Part shown: positions 35,792 through 47,720 of the stretch, in pieces
Layout of the letters: every line of letters begins with the position of its first letter
How positions within the stretch are numbered: the first letter of the stretch is position 1
NCBI GenBank assembly: GCA_963825865.1
Contig: CAWGVG010000062.1
Coordinates: 128,001-192,000 of the forward strand
DNA: 64,000 nucleotides
Direction of reading: 5' to 3'
From: an uncultured Nitrososphaeraceae archaeon
GTDB lineage: Archaea; Thermoproteota; Nitrososphaeria; Nitrososphaerales; Nitrososphaeraceae
Program-made: the position numbers and the translations under genes
The notes under the pieces: generated by a model
Told to the model about the DNA's origin: nothing
Seen by the model: only the letters and a program-made list of their open reading frames with translations
Databases searched by the model: none

Positions 35792-35886
35792 CCATACACA
35801 TTTTTGGTAAGGATCCTATTATAATATATATATCACATATTTCGATAGATTAGAAAAGGTGATTAAGCAGGCTAGATATTAATACT

Positions 35887-36339
35887 ATGTATACAATGAG
35901 TACACCTTATTCAGATGTTGAGCTTCCTCCTGCTCAGTTAAAGCTAGCAGAATGGAAAGATAGATTCTTTGCTTGGCTTATTGATGTTATAATAGTTTCA
36001 ATTGCTATTCAAATTCTATATAGTATTAGCGGTTCATCAGGGTATGATGTGAAATCATTTCCTTTGCGCAGTCTAGGCTTCTTTTTGTATTGGACATTTT
36101 TTGAGACTACAAAGGGTCAGTCAATAGGGAAAATAGTTCTGAAACTCAAGACTGTTGAACTTTCGAAAGGAAGGAAGGAAGAAACAGCAATAAATATTAA
36201 GAGTGCTGCAATTCAGAGTTTTGGCAAGTCCTTTTTACTTCCCATAGATTTGATATTAGGTTGGATATTTACAAATAAATACAGGCAAAGGATTTTCAAT
36301 AAATTAAGCAATACCGTAGTTGTTAAACTTGAACGATGA
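35887..36339 (+). CDS. RDD family membrane protein
   Basis: LAEWKDRFFAWLID, GQSIGK and RQRIFNKLSNTVVV. Confidence 0.88.
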   Translation: MYTMSTPYSDVELPPAQLKLAEWKDRFFAWLIDVIIVSIAIQILYSISGSSGYDVKSFPLRSLGFFLYWTFFETTKGQSIGKIVLKLKTVELSKGRKEETAINIKSAAIQSFGKSFLLPIDLILGWIFTNKYRQRIFNKLSNTVVVKLER

Positions 36340-36429
36340 TGGAAAAACAAGGATCAGCACCTCTTTTGTCCCGTGGCTTCTTAGCTGATAATTTTTTTAT
36401 ATGTATTTTATTGGTAAAATAATCAAACA

Positions 36430-36750
36430 AAATTCTATTTATTCTTCTCTATAAATGACACAACTTTATCTTCAATAACATTTATGACAATAGCAGATTT
36501 TTTCAAATCAAATGAAATCAGTAGATAATAAAATTTGCTTTGATTATATCATCTTCAGCCATACCAAAAACCCTATTGGAACAGTTGCACGAATAAGCCT
36601 TTCATATTTACCTATTGAATATTCTAGTCCGCCTATTTTGATTCAAAATCGTCACGTTTAGGAGCACTTGTATGGCATAATGAAGTTTCTTTCATCCATT
36701 AAGGGAGTTAAGCCATTTCTGTATGCTGTCGCGATTGAAGTACCAGGTTA
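36430..36750 (-). pseudogene. Degraded DUF6659-like paralog
   Basis: Fragments TAYRNGLTPLMD / DFESKIGGLEYSIGKYERLIRATVPI resemble 21850..22203. Confidence 0.45.
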
Positions 36751-37431
36751 TTGGCTATACCTACAGATTCAATAGAATTTTATTATCTATTGATATGTAG
36801 TAGAGTAAGTCATAAGGTGTAGTTGGAAGCTTTTTTAGTCAAGAGCTTTATTACCATTCTTATGACTTTCTAATTCCCTATTATAATATTTCATCTTCCT
36901 AAAGAATGGTTAAAGTCGTATGCGGGTATGGTTCTTCAATAAAATCAAGTCTCTTTTTAAGTCGTCAGCTGGTCACAAGCTATTTCCAAAGTTCATCTCT
37001 CCTGAGTTTAGCTATGTATACACGTTCTTGATATGAGATCGACATCTGATAGCCCTGTTGTCAACTGACAGTAACATAAGACCAGCCATGGCAAGGGACC
37101 ACAAGACAAGGATGAAAACTCTTATAGGATAAATATTATATATATAGTGGACATTATTCTATAGTACAATCCTTTTCCCTAATTAGTTCATGTTGGAAAT
37201 ACTTTTTGTTGTCTGAGTAGTATATTGAAGTCAATAAATCTCTACAAAGGGAGAAATGGAAAATGCACGAGTATCTTAGAAACTCATTAATATCAAAATA
37301 TGAAGAGTGTAAGTTCTGTAAAAATAGGAGCCAATTTACATGCATAAAGTGTAACTCTTGTTGGAGTTGCCATTGGAAGACAGAGCAATTAGAGAAAATT
37401 CCAAAAATCCTACTAATGGAGGCATAATGAC

Positions 37432-38488
37432 ATGGCTACATGGTGGCGGCGATACTATTACTTCCATTGTGGCGATCAGGATAATTCACTTTTGAAAAAT
37501 GGGTATGATAATGTTCTATCTCTTGAAGAAATTCTGATATATTGTCTGGATATACTAAAAATCAAGGATGATGAATCTGAAATCCGTAGAAATACTATTG
37601 AATATATTAAAAAAATTCCTATAGAAAATGTAAAGTCTTATAACGAATGGCTCACAGCTACCAAGATAATTGCTGATATTTACGCAATCTCTAACCAAGG
37701 CTGTAATGGTAACTACATCTTTTTTTCTCAGTCACAGGTATCCGACTTTCTTACTTTAGCTACAAAAGGCATTGTTGAAAAAGAGTTTAGCACAAGAAAA
37801 AAAAGTATAATATTTAATATCTTTAGAGACATTATAGAAAACTATCAGAACTTCGATTGTATCTTAAAGTCAAACTACCCCCAAATAATAGTTGATGTTA
37901 TGTTAATCCTTCATACAGGAAGTGACGCTGCTGGTAAAAAGATAAGTGTTCTAGGGATAGATGAATACTATAAATTAAGAAAATCAAGAGCTTCAGAGGA
38001 AACATTGGCTGCCAGAGCCGTGGATATGCATACAACAACAAGAACAATAACTACTACTCGAGCAGAGCATCTCAAAAAAGACCACCAGATACAAGAACAG
38101 CTGATTCAACTCCTTATCCAGATAACGGGAAGGAGAAGTAAGGAATTAGAGGCATCGTTAACAATATTGCTCAATTCAGATATTAAGAAGATAAGTGATC
38201 TTTGTGCTAACTATAACAAGATAAAAATATTGTAAGCTGCTATGCTCAAAAGAAGGATTTAGAAATGAACTTGAAAGAGAAATTGGTAGAAAACTTACCG
38301 ATAATCAAGTTCAGAGCGCTGCAATATCTATAAGAAAGGTAAGGAAATACATTGAAAATCTTCTCGATGGTACATTTATTCCTCATGATACACACGGTAT
38401 AAACCACATCAAACACAATCTTGAATATGGATATCAGGTTATGGATTTAATTGGGCGTAAGGGAAAGGGAATCTTCTCCTCGCACTAA
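37432..38488 (+). CDS. Hypothetical protein, probably frameshifted, with a His-rich C-terminal motif
   Basis: 267-aa ORF plus a continuation FIPHDTHGINHIKHNL ending at 38488. Confidence 0.5.
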
Positions 38489-38564
38489 CATCCAAGAAAC
38501 TCTTTGCATCTATATAGAGTTTAATATAGAGATGCTAACTATTCAACAGTAAATCTCTATATGA

Positions 38565-38963
38565 TCATCTGTCTTCTGCTTTAATGTTACTTCCATCTCC
38601 TAATTTTGTTTTTTTCTGTAATAATGCTTTATCTTTTAGCAGCTCCGCCATTGTTATAGCGTTTGGTTGTTCTTGATGTTCTTTCCTACTTTCATTTTCT
38701 TCTTTTACTGGATTTTCTGTTGGTATTGGTCCTTCCGAATTCTCTTTTCTTCCTTGCTCTGTCGTTTGTTTAACTAATTCAACCTTTACCGTATCTACAG
38801 TTATTATAAAATCCTGACCACAATGTTTTGCTGCATATTTTGGTGAGTTAATATCATTAAATTCAGCCTTCCATTCTAATTGTGCTCCGCATTTATTACA
38901 TTGAGAATCGGTCAGAGCATAGTGCAGTCGTGAAACTATACCGTTTTCTTGTACTTGTGGCAT
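38565..38963 (-). CDS. Hypothetical Zn-ribbon protein with acidic tail
   Basis: CNKCG...HCG. Confidence 0.55.
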   Translation of the reverse strand: MPQVQENGIVSRLHYALTDSQCNKCGAQLEWKAEFNDINSPKYAAKHCGQDFIITVDTVKVELVKQTTEQGRKENSEGPIPTENPVKEENESRKEHQEQPNAITMAELLKDKALLQKKTKLGDGSNIKAEDR

Positions 38964-39236
38964 TTCTATCTACAACTATTATGCATTATAGTTTATGTAG
39001 AGATGTTTTTTAAGCATATAAAGAAAACTATCAACAACCTATATTACTTGCTATATGTTTGAACAATGGGCAGCAACTACAAAAGAAGAAGCATTTAGTT
39101 CAGAATTAGTAATAATGGTAAATACTTGATTCACGATTATAGGTTCTTTTATTACATAAGAAAGCTCCATCCGATATCTAACACAATGTTCTGATATTAG
39201 TATCGAAGTTCAATTAGGGTTTTTTGTATTCCTATT

Positions 39237-39461
39237 TTATCCATTATTGCCCTCACCGTCACCACCGTACAATATCTCCTTTGATGTCTCATTATCGCTT
39301 GGAATTTGTTCTTTCTTTACCTTTGGTAATGATTCTAATGCTTCATTTTTAGTATCTTCCATGTCTTCCATTATATTCTTGAAACTACTTTTTTTATAGT
39401 CGTTTGGATTATTGATTTTATTTGTCTTTTTAGTCATAGGAGGTGATGCTCTTTCTGCCAA
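39237..39461 (-). CDS. Small hypothetical protein
   Basis: 74-aa ORF, hydrophilic. Confidence 0.4.
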   Translation of the reverse strand: MAERASPPMTKKTNKINNPNDYKKSSFKNIMEDMEDTKNEALESLPKVKKEQIPSDNETSKEILYGGDGEGNNG

Positions 39462-39687
39462 TACTATGATTAGTAGTTAACATAATATTTCTAACTAGCT
39501 GTACAGGTCGCAGGCAGGGGGCACTCAGCAATAGTTGATCCATTCAGTGGTATAGGTTTTACTGCTGTTGCCAAACCAGAGCACCATCTTGAATTCGAAT
39601 AATAATTAGACATATCAATGGTAAATTTGCTGAAACGCCAAGAAAAGAAATAAACTGAATGAAATCTGGTGTTATAATAAATAAATT

Positions 39688-40383
39688 ATGGCAAACCTTT
39701 TTGGAAAAAATGTTATATACCAAGCAGTTAGAAAGGTGTTTACATTGTTAAAGCGTTGTAAAAGGAATAGGCCCATCTTATCTTTATTGACAATAGCAAT
39801 TATGACAGTCATGCTATTGTTTTTATCAACTTTACCAAAACAATCAGCGGCATTAGATACTAGTACAATATTATCTAATTCTCAAAGTAGTCCTGCAAAA
39901 ACAACAACCAATAACACTAATTTTGTAACATATCAAAATTCTACCTCTGGAATAAAAATACAGTATCCATCCGATTGGCTGAAAGAGGCAGCAGCTGGTA
40001 CCGGTGTTACTTTCGTTCTGCCCGCCGGCAATAATAACAATCCAGAACAATTCCTGGCTAAACTTAATACAACTACTATTGCTGGTTTTCCTCCAAATGT
40101 ACCACTCAAAGGAATGGCAGACGGCGTTCTTAATGGTTATAAACACTTCCTTCCAAATTTTCAACTTGAAACGTATACAAATACAACCCTTGGAGGCAAT
40201 CCAGCAGTAAGAATAGTATATATGTTTACAGACTCCAGACATGGTGACTTCAAGGCAAGTGATACTGCAACGATAAAGGACAATAGATTATATGTAATTC
40301 AGTACTATATACAATCACCAAAATACCAAAATTACTTACCAATACTTCAAAAGATGATTGATTCGTTTGAGATAACAAAATAG
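39688..40383 (+). CDS. PsbP-like secreted protein
   Basis: TM/signal segment, then TYQN...GIKIQYPSDW, TTLGGNPA and YLPILQKMIDSFEI. Confidence 0.85.
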   Translation: MANLFGKNVIYQAVRKVFTLLKRCKRNRPILSLLTIAIMTVMLLFLSTLPKQSAALDTSTILSNSQSSPAKTTTNNTNFVTYQNSTSGIKIQYPSDWLKEAAAGTGVTFVLPAGNNNNPEQFLAKLNTTTIAGFPPNVPLKGMADGVLNGYKHFLPNFQLETYTNTTLGGNPAVRIVYMFTDSRHGDFKASDTATIKDNRLYVIQYYIQSPKYQNYLPILQKMIDSFEITK

Positions 40384-40713
40384 TGGCAGGCCTGTTAGAA
40401 TTAAATCAGCAGGCTCCAAATAATATCATGTAAAAATGAGTGTATGTATTACGTCTCTATTCTGGATTCAAACTTAAATATCCTAGTTGCAGGTGGCTCT
40501 AAGGGCTCTAATATTCTTATTATAGTAGAATGATCTACAATACTAATAGAGAGTTTTATTAGAAATAAACCATTACAAGCTTCAGTACAAAGGTAGCTAA
40601 ATCATAAATATGCTCAGATTTTTATGTTTGCGTGTCATTGATCAGTAAAAAAGAACATAGTTTCCTAAAGAAAATTTGTTTGACTGCACTATCTGTAGAC
40701 AAGAGCTTGAAGT

Positions 40714-41112
40714 TTGGCAGGAGCAGTGGACAATAATGGAAAATTGCTTGCTGGAGAATGCAACAATAAGCATAGATTTTTTAAAAATAACAATACTCTG
40801 ATTAAATCAAGCATTTTTTATTTACATTATTTGATTCCAACGATAAGAAAGCAGCAGAAAGATAGGACAGAATATTGTTTTCATGACCATGTTCACAATA
40901 ATAATAACAACAACATTTTTCATTTTAACCTATCAGACATTGACAATAATGTATACCTAGTAATAACGCCGCTAACAGAACAAGGAGATAGATACTTGTG
41001 TATTTACTTAGAATCATATTCAATATCATCATCGTCGTCATCAAAAGTGGCTTCGTCTCCCCAACAAATAATTTTAAAGATAAGCGCGAGCTCTCTGTTA
41101 GATGTAAAATAG
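40714..41112 (+). CDS. Roadblock/profilin-like hypothetical protein (start uncertain)
   Basis: FAGAVDNNGKLLAG...YLCIYLES. Confidence 0.45.
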   Translation: MAGAVDNNGKLLAGECNNKHRFFKNNNTLIKSSIFYLHYLIPTIRKQQKDRTEYCFHDHVHNNNNNNIFHFNLSDIDNNVYLVITPLTEQGDRYLCIYLESYSISSSSSSKVASSPQQIILKISASSLLDVK

Positions 41113-41729
41113 GTGCATTGTAAAATACTATAAAAAATCAGAAAGCGTTCGCTGTATGAACGCTTATTGGCAGTGGCTTGATGTCTATAAATCTTGAATA
41201 CTATTTCATTTGTTGTTGTTGTTTTTGCTGTACTTGTTGTACATCAGATCGCATCTAGAAAATTTGTATTCACATCAAATTTCTGCCACAACTTCATTTC
41301 GTTGTAAATGGCCAATTTAAAATTGGTTAAACTGAATTTAATTGCTTATACCTAAATACTGCTGATTGATCCCTACTGCTGGAAACTACAGCTGATTGAT
41401 CTCTAACAAATTTGATCTGACCACCAAAGATGCCAGTTTAATTTGGAAGGTTGAGTCTAGTAGTTAGCTTTCCTTTACTTGCATAATAATAGTGACTTCA
41501 AGGTTTGGTTTGTAAATTGTGGTTGTTGTTTTCGAGGTGTTTAGACGTAGGGGTAGCTGGCCTAAATTATGATACTAACTTATCTGTCCAGCACGTGTTC
41601 TATTTCCATGGCTAATGGTGGAGAACAATAATCCTCCTCTACCCATAACGCATATCCATCTTCGTTATCCATTCTTGCATTCTCCTGCAGTGTTTCTCCA
41701 AATGGCCTACGCTTTGATATTCTTTACAA

Positions 41730-42356
41730 CTACAATTTGGAAAGATGAGGAATATGTTTCATGTATATTATAATGCCAACTGGCAATATTAAAGCCCAGA
41801 ATAACTGGGCTATTTGGATATTAATAAATGAAATTCCAATTGAGATGAGGAAAATAACAGGAGAAGCAAGACTCCTTAAAAGAAAATATTTTACTACATC
41901 TGGATGTATATTTTTATCTACTAGATGTCTATTGCGTGTAGCATACCACCATATTATACATAACATAATGCCAGTGGCGGCCATAACACTAGCAAAGGTT
42001 ATTACAACTATTTCATGGGTACCATACGTAGTAAGAAGACCAGTAAAATATGCTGTTAGTGAGATAAAGAGCAAGAATAGCAAGTTTAACCACACCAAAG
42101 TAACGTTAGTATGCCTTATATGTTCAAAAATTCTATGGTAGCTAATCCAGTAGGTTCCGACTACCAGGAAGCTGATTATGTAATGAATTATGCTAGGTAC
42201 TAGTATTTGAGATAACCTTCTTGTTAGCTCAGGCTCTATGATGTCGCCAGGGAAATTTGGCAGCTGAATTGATAAGGCCATAAAAGTGATAGAAAATGCA
42301 AAAAGAGCATCGCTAAATGAAATCACATACTCTACTTTGATTTCATTCAAATTCAT
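41730..42356 (-). CDS. TMEM175-family (DUF1211) potassium channel
   Basis: FSDALFAFSIT motif, YWISYHRIF and WLNLLFL; about 6 TM helices. Confidence 0.9.
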   Translation of the reverse strand: MNLNEIKVEYVISFSDALFAFSITFMALSIQLPNFPGDIIEPELTRRLSQILVPSIIHYIISFLVVGTYWISYHRIFEHIRHTNVTLVWLNLLFLLFISLTAYFTGLLTTYGTHEIVVITFASVMAATGIMLCIIWWYATRNRHLVDKNIHPDVVKYFLLRSLASPVIFLISIGISFINIQIAQLFWALILPVGIIIYMKHIPHLSKL

Positions 42357-43198
42357 TGTTCAGCACGCTCAAATACCTTAGCATTGATTGACGTGACCAC
42401 TTGGCTGTTCTTGTGTGGCGTCTCGTAGAATAGTTAACCAATACTATATACCAAAGCGTTGACGTCGATAAATAAGCTATGACTAAAATTTGCAGCTATA
42501 GCGGTGATGAAAGCTGCGGTTCTTAACGCGAAGAGGATGTTATCTAATCCACGGCTGGCAGCAACAACAACAACAACAAACCAGACTTTTTGATATTTGC
42601 AGACAGCATGGGCTTGAAGATATAAGAACTAAAGGATACTGCTGCTTTAATCACATTTGTGGACTCCCTGCAAAACAAGGACTAGAAAAACCAAGTTCAT
42701 TTTATTAGACGAAGGCTCAAACGTAAAGGTCAATGCATTCATGACCTTATCTATCATTTAAACAAGGTCAAATGATATATTCATCAATCATATTTATTTC
42801 ATCTAGATTTTGCAATCATCTAAGCAATTTAAAATGATAATAGCAAATTAATAATACAAATTAGCAATATTTGTAGCAATATTTTAATACAACAAATTAG
42901 TACATTTGATAGTAACATTGGTTCAGTTTAGAGTTGATCAGCTCACAAAAATGCCATTATACTGCTGCCCTAATTGTAAGTCACCTGGCTCGCTTAAAAC
43001 TAGAAAGACATAGCTTAGATAATACTCACTCTATTCAATTGTGGAGTTGTAATAGTTGTCATTTTAACTTGGCTCGAATCGATGCGTAAGGATATTGAGA
43101 AAGTTCTACCTCCGGTACATTTACCTACGAAAGAAAAAGAGCAACAAGTGTTAAACAGAGGACAACAACAAGCTGATAACAAAGGGAATTAAAACAAA

Positions 43199-43800
43199 AT
43201 GCAAAAGAAAAACCAACTTGGTTTCATACATCGCTTTATACCTTCAAAAAATAAAAAAAACGGAGCAAGAATAAGAACAAGTGAACAAGGATCAAAAGTG
43301 TTTACCACTCTGCTTTTGCTTCATGGTACTGGAGGAAATGAAGACGATCTAATCCCACTGGCTAACGAGCTGAGATTAGAAAGCAGCAATACTTAGTCCT
43401 AGAGGCAAAGTCTTGGAGAATGGGATGCCACGATTCTTTCGCAGACTAGCAGAGGGAGTATTCGATATAGAAGATTTGAAATTTCGAACAAATGAATTAG
43501 CAGATTTTGTAAAGGATGCCTCAAAAGCTTATGACTTTGATCTGCAGCGCACAATAGCTATAGGTTATTCTAATGGTGCAAATATAGTAGCAGCCAGTAT
43601 GTTATTGCTTCGTCCAGAAATACTCTCTGCAGCTATCCTTTTTCGTGCTATGGTTCCACTTGTGCCAGATATATTACCAGATCTTAGTAACAAACATATT
43701 TTCATGTCTTCCGGCCTACATGATCCAATAGTTCCAAAGCAAGAGGCAGAGGGGCTTTTTGGTTTATTCAAGAATGCAGGTGCACATGCCAAATGGGATC
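43199..43800 (+). CDS. Phospholipase/carboxylesterase (MhqD-like) alpha/beta hydrolase, frameshifted and probably 3'-truncated
   Basis: LLLHGTGGNE, ENGMPRFFRR, GYSNGANI and HDPIVP. The catalytic His segment is not evident. Confidence 0.8.
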
Positions 43801-44349
43801 GACATTCATTGGAGCGTCAGTAAAGTGGAATATCGATATCAACCATTCTTGCAATTGTTCTATCTTTAAATGGCCTATTATTTTATATTCAAAACATACC
43901 AAAAAAGATCTCAGGTAGATATTGGTTCATGCACTATCATACCATCCATACTTTAGTACTATATCTTTACTCATCTGACTCACTCGATCCCCTCGAACGT
44001 AACTCAGTTTTATGTCCCGATACATCTGTTAGAATTTTAACTATTACTCCAAGGCCACCAAAAATTATAGAACAATTTACGTTTAAATTATCTAGACCTT
44101 GTCTTTCAAAAACAGCTGCTCTCATGTATTATTATTATTCTTCCTCTTACATAGTATTAAAGAAGATGATTGTTTTAAATGGATGGATTGCGCGGATTGC
44201 GTGAATTCTTCAACTTCTTAAGATATTTCCTCTTTTGAGAAACAGATGCAAACTGCAGTGTTCACGCCAGCAACAATAACTTTGGATCTACCAGTCCTTT
44301 TGATTGAAGAGGTGATCCGAGGTTCATCAAAGGGGTTTACTGTTGTTCG

Positions 44350-45450
44350 GGGGTTGTTGCCTAATTCGTTTTAATCGACTGTAAATATGATTTCACGCTT
44401 CTCAATTTAGCTTAGAATGGATATGCACCCCCCTTATTGGCTGCCAAGCACAAGAGGAAAGATGGTTACTGGTTGTATTACCATCTAGCACATACCCTGG
44501 AACGTGACATGATTATCAAAAATATAGTTTCTCTGGTCAAAGAAAATCCTCCTGCTCGTCCAAAGAAGAAGAGTAATAGAGGAAGGAAACCGGTTCATTC
44601 TTGGGAAAAACTTGTCTGTATCTGTATATTGATGGTTGTTTTTGGTTCAACTTACAGAGATGTACAGAATACAGCACCTTCTCTTAATTTGCCATGGAAT
44701 AACGAACCGTATCCAGATCACACATGGATATCACGTACATTTAAGAAAATACCATTGCAGTACCCTTGAAGAAACGTTAACTAGGTCTGCATATCTGTGT
44801 CTAAATGAATCTGGGTGGAAGAAAGGGATTCTTGCATCAGATAGTACAGGTGTAGAGACAGACAGGTATGAATATGAAGTGAGACCTGTGAAAAGCAAGA
44901 AGAAATTTGAAAAAATAATGGTAAAACAGTATCTGAAATGGCATGTCACAGCGATAATTGACCATCTAATAATACTCAATACACGGGTTACAAACAAGAA
45001 AACTCACGATTCTCCAGTACTCCGAACAATGTTGAATAGGTTGAAGAAATGTGGAGTAGATCTTGTGGGCTCGATATTCAACGCTGACAGAGGGTACGAT
45101 GGTGACAAAAACTTTCAGTCAATATTCGGTATGGAAATGCTTCCAAATATCAAGCAGAGAATAAACGCCAGGAACAAAGGTAAGAACAGGAAGTACAGGA
45201 AGAAGGCTTCGAAGATATTCAACATATCACTATATCATTACAGAGGGTTGATAGAAGGAATATTTGGAGCAGAAGAAACAGAACACCATCATCAGCTATA
45301 CTGCAGATTCAGATTAAAGAACAACCAGAAAAGATTTGGATTAATCAAGGCCTTAGGGTGGAACTTGGAAGTGCTCAACAGATTACAATGTGCAAACAAA
45401 CTTGCAATAAATGTGACACAGTATGCGATACCGAATTAGACAACAACCCC
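44350..45450 (+). mobile_element. IS5-family insertion sequence, 1101 bp, 19-bp TIRs, 9-bp TSD
   Basis: TIRs GGGGTTGTTGCCTAATTCG (44350-44368) and CGAATTAGACAACAACCCC (45432-45450). TGTTGTTCG is duplicated at 44341-44349 and 45451-45459. Confidence 0.93.
44437..45439 (+). CDS. DDE transposase (IS4/IS5 superfamily), frameshift near 44762
   Basis: PDHTWISR, ASDSTG, HDSP, ADRGYD and YHYRGLIEGIFG. Confidence 0.9.
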
Positions 45451-45707
45451 TGTTGTTCGATCAATTATTTCTAGGTCTTTCAAGAGCTCGGCTAACTCTG
45501 GAAAGATGGGTCCAAACATTCCGTTTGACATCGTAGTAGTTGCCACTATTGGCACACCAAGAATCTTGGACGCACGGGTGAGTCCAACTGCGTTCTTTCG
45601 GAGGTCTTGCGGTTCTGGGTACCGCGAACCAGCAATCAGACCAACCTGATGGTCGACGAGAAGCAACACCGCGTTAGCTCTAGTTAACCTGTCGTACGTT
45701 GGATGTG

Positions 45708-45974
45708 TCAATTCACAAAAACCTCCAACTTTGTTTGGCGGCGGATTAACCTCCAGTCAGGTACAATTGTTTCATCTTTTGTTCTCTTTTCATAGTCTGT
45801 AATGATTGATCTCCCTGTCGTATATGCCTCTACTATTTCTTGTATAGCGTCTCGTTTACCTCTGCCAGCACCATTTACTTCATAGAAGCTTATACCGCCA
45901 GCATTATGTTTCCGTGGAATTTCAGTCACTTGTGTAAGATCATCTGTCCGAATAAATACGGATATTTCCTTCAT
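45708..45974 (-). CDS. P-II family nitrogen regulator (C-terminally degenerate)
   Basis: MKEISVFIR..L..V...GGISFYEVNGAGRGK PII N-terminus; lacks the GKIF C-terminal motif. Confidence 0.7.
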   Translation of the reverse strand: MKEISVFIRTDDLTQVTEIPRKHNAGGISFYEVNGAGRGKRDAIQEIVEAYTTGRSIITDYEKRTKDETIVPDWRLIRRQTKLEVFVN

Positions 45975-46084
45975 ACTTAGTTATAAAGATAAGATTGATT
46001 TATGCATAGTGTAAGTCGAGCTATATTTGTGGTATAGTTTTAGTAATATTTGTCTGATTTTTATTGTACGGCTATAAAAAACAG

Positions 46085-46750
46085 CTAGTCTTTTGTTGTT
46101 GTGCCTGCAACGGCCGACGAGGAGAGATACTTTTGACTACTTGTTATTCTTTTGTTAATCTCGCTCTTTAACAAGTCCTGATTAATTGTAACACTAGATC
46201 TTATAAACCACCCGACTTTTTTAACTCCATCATAAGATTCTAATCTTCTTAATATTAACTTGGCTGTAGAAATGTTTGCACAAAAAAAATACTGCGACAA
46301 TAACTTCTTTGTGATACCAATCTGGAATAAAAATCAAGTATTCTTCCAATTCACGGTATATTTTTTCAAGTATGCTCTGGTGTCTAGGTATTTCAACATT
46401 AATCAATACATCAAATTCCATATAGCCGGTTAATCGTGTGGAGGATAGGTTTCTTGAAATAGTAAATAGTAAAACACGGTTTTCTCTCATCTTTTCTATT
46501 CTTCTGGCCACGGTTCTAGGCGAGAGCGAAGTTTCTTTAGCAATATTCTCAAGTGGCATTCTCGCATCTGATAGCAAACATTTCATAATCTCTAGATCGG
46601 AATTATGAATTTTCATGGTTGTTGGTGGTCTAAAGGCCGCAAAGAAAATTTCTACCGTTGCTGCTTTTAGTAAATCAGTCATTGTCTCTATCTTATCTTG
46701 TGCTATATCCTTAACATATAGTCCGAATATATAAGATCCTCGGGTTACGA
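46085..46750 (-). pseudogene. Lrp/AsnC-family regulator fragment
   Basis: DLEIMKCLLSDARMPLENIAKETSLSPRTVARRI HTH; split over frames and lacking a clear 5' end. Confidence 0.7.
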
Positions 46751-46987
46751 TGATAACAAACCAGTACTGACAATTATGAATGTAAAGGATTATTAATGCT
46801 AGTACTACTAATTATATTTAGTCACCCATTTATGAAGGTATGTATATATTCTTAATTTTCAAAGGATACTAGTAATACTAAAAGATCGAACAGCTTCTTC
46901 TTTGACTAATCAAATAAAGATATCTAATATAGTAAGGAAATAACTACTACCTACTATAAGCCTTGTAAGATAAGAGATCTTGATATT

Positions 46988-47330
46988 ATGGTGACTGTTC
47001 AGCCAACAGATACTGTTAGCATAGTAATAGGATGCTCTTTTTGTCCTGTTGCGGTAGATATCCATGGAGTTGTCAGGCTTTCAGAAGCTCTTGCAGTTAT
47101 ACGAGAACGTCTTTCCAAGTTAATGGAGGAATGTAATAATGATAATGGTAAAGCAAGTCCTTCTATACCAGATCACATAACTTGGACTGTCATAATGTGG
47201 CATTTCGGTGCTGACGCTTTAATAACTTATGAAGGGGAAAGATTTTACACAAGTTGGGGAGTTGGGCAGCATGCCTTGATCACTGCATACTCTAAAGATT
47301 GGAAAGATAGTAAGAGGATCAGAGAACCAA
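46988..47330 (+). pseudogene. Fragment of a mobile-element-associated hypothetical protein
   Basis: DTVSIVIGCS..P...RLSEAL...IPDH..W....WHFGAD; truncated where it collides with the integrase remnant. Confidence 0.4.
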
Positions 47331-47657
47331 CTTACTGCTTCTGGATAAAGTTCATTATTTCCATAAACCACTTTATAATAAAATTTTAGAATGCGTCTGA
47401 ATTTTTCATGTGTTGATGCTTTATAGTTCTTGTCATCCATCCATTTCAATAATGACCATTCAAACCTTGAAGAATCTTTTTACGTTATCTGGCATTCTTT
47501 CTCTTACGTATTGTAGACCGTTTTCTAACTGTGTAGCGACCTCACAAGGATAGACTATTTTCTTAATTGAACTAATTCCTATTATATTAATTTTTTCTTG
47601 AGTAAAAAATGGATTCGTAGTCTGTACATCGACATCTACTATTTTGACTAAACACAA
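47315..47657 (-). pseudogene. N-terminal (core-binding) remnant of a tyrosine integrase
   Basis: WMDDKNYKASTHEKFRRILKFYYK...GNNELYPEAVSW resembles the SAM-like domain of archaeal integrases. No catalytic domain follows. Confidence 0.5.
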
Positions 47658-47720
47658 GATTGATTCAATTGAAATCTTATACTCTTTGATGATCCTTGTT
47701 ATTGTTGCTGCTAGTAGCTT

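Larger units (their letters stand above)
44218..45711 (-). pseudogene. YcaC-like isochorismatase-family hydrolase interrupted by an IS
   Basis: 5' part LLLVDHQVGL...IIDRTT (45451..45711). The 3' part resumes VNPFDEPRI...GRSKVIVAGVNTAVC below 44349. Confidence 0.88.

Noticed and set aside
41544-41566. GACGTAGGGGTAGCTGGCCTAA resembling a tRNA 5' half
   Set aside because: No anticodon arm, T-loop or acceptor-stem complement follows.
44740-44775. Programmed ribosomal frameshift in the IS5 transposase
   Set aside because: No slippery sequence is evident, and similar 1-bp shifts affect many genes in the window, so sequencing error is more parsimonious.
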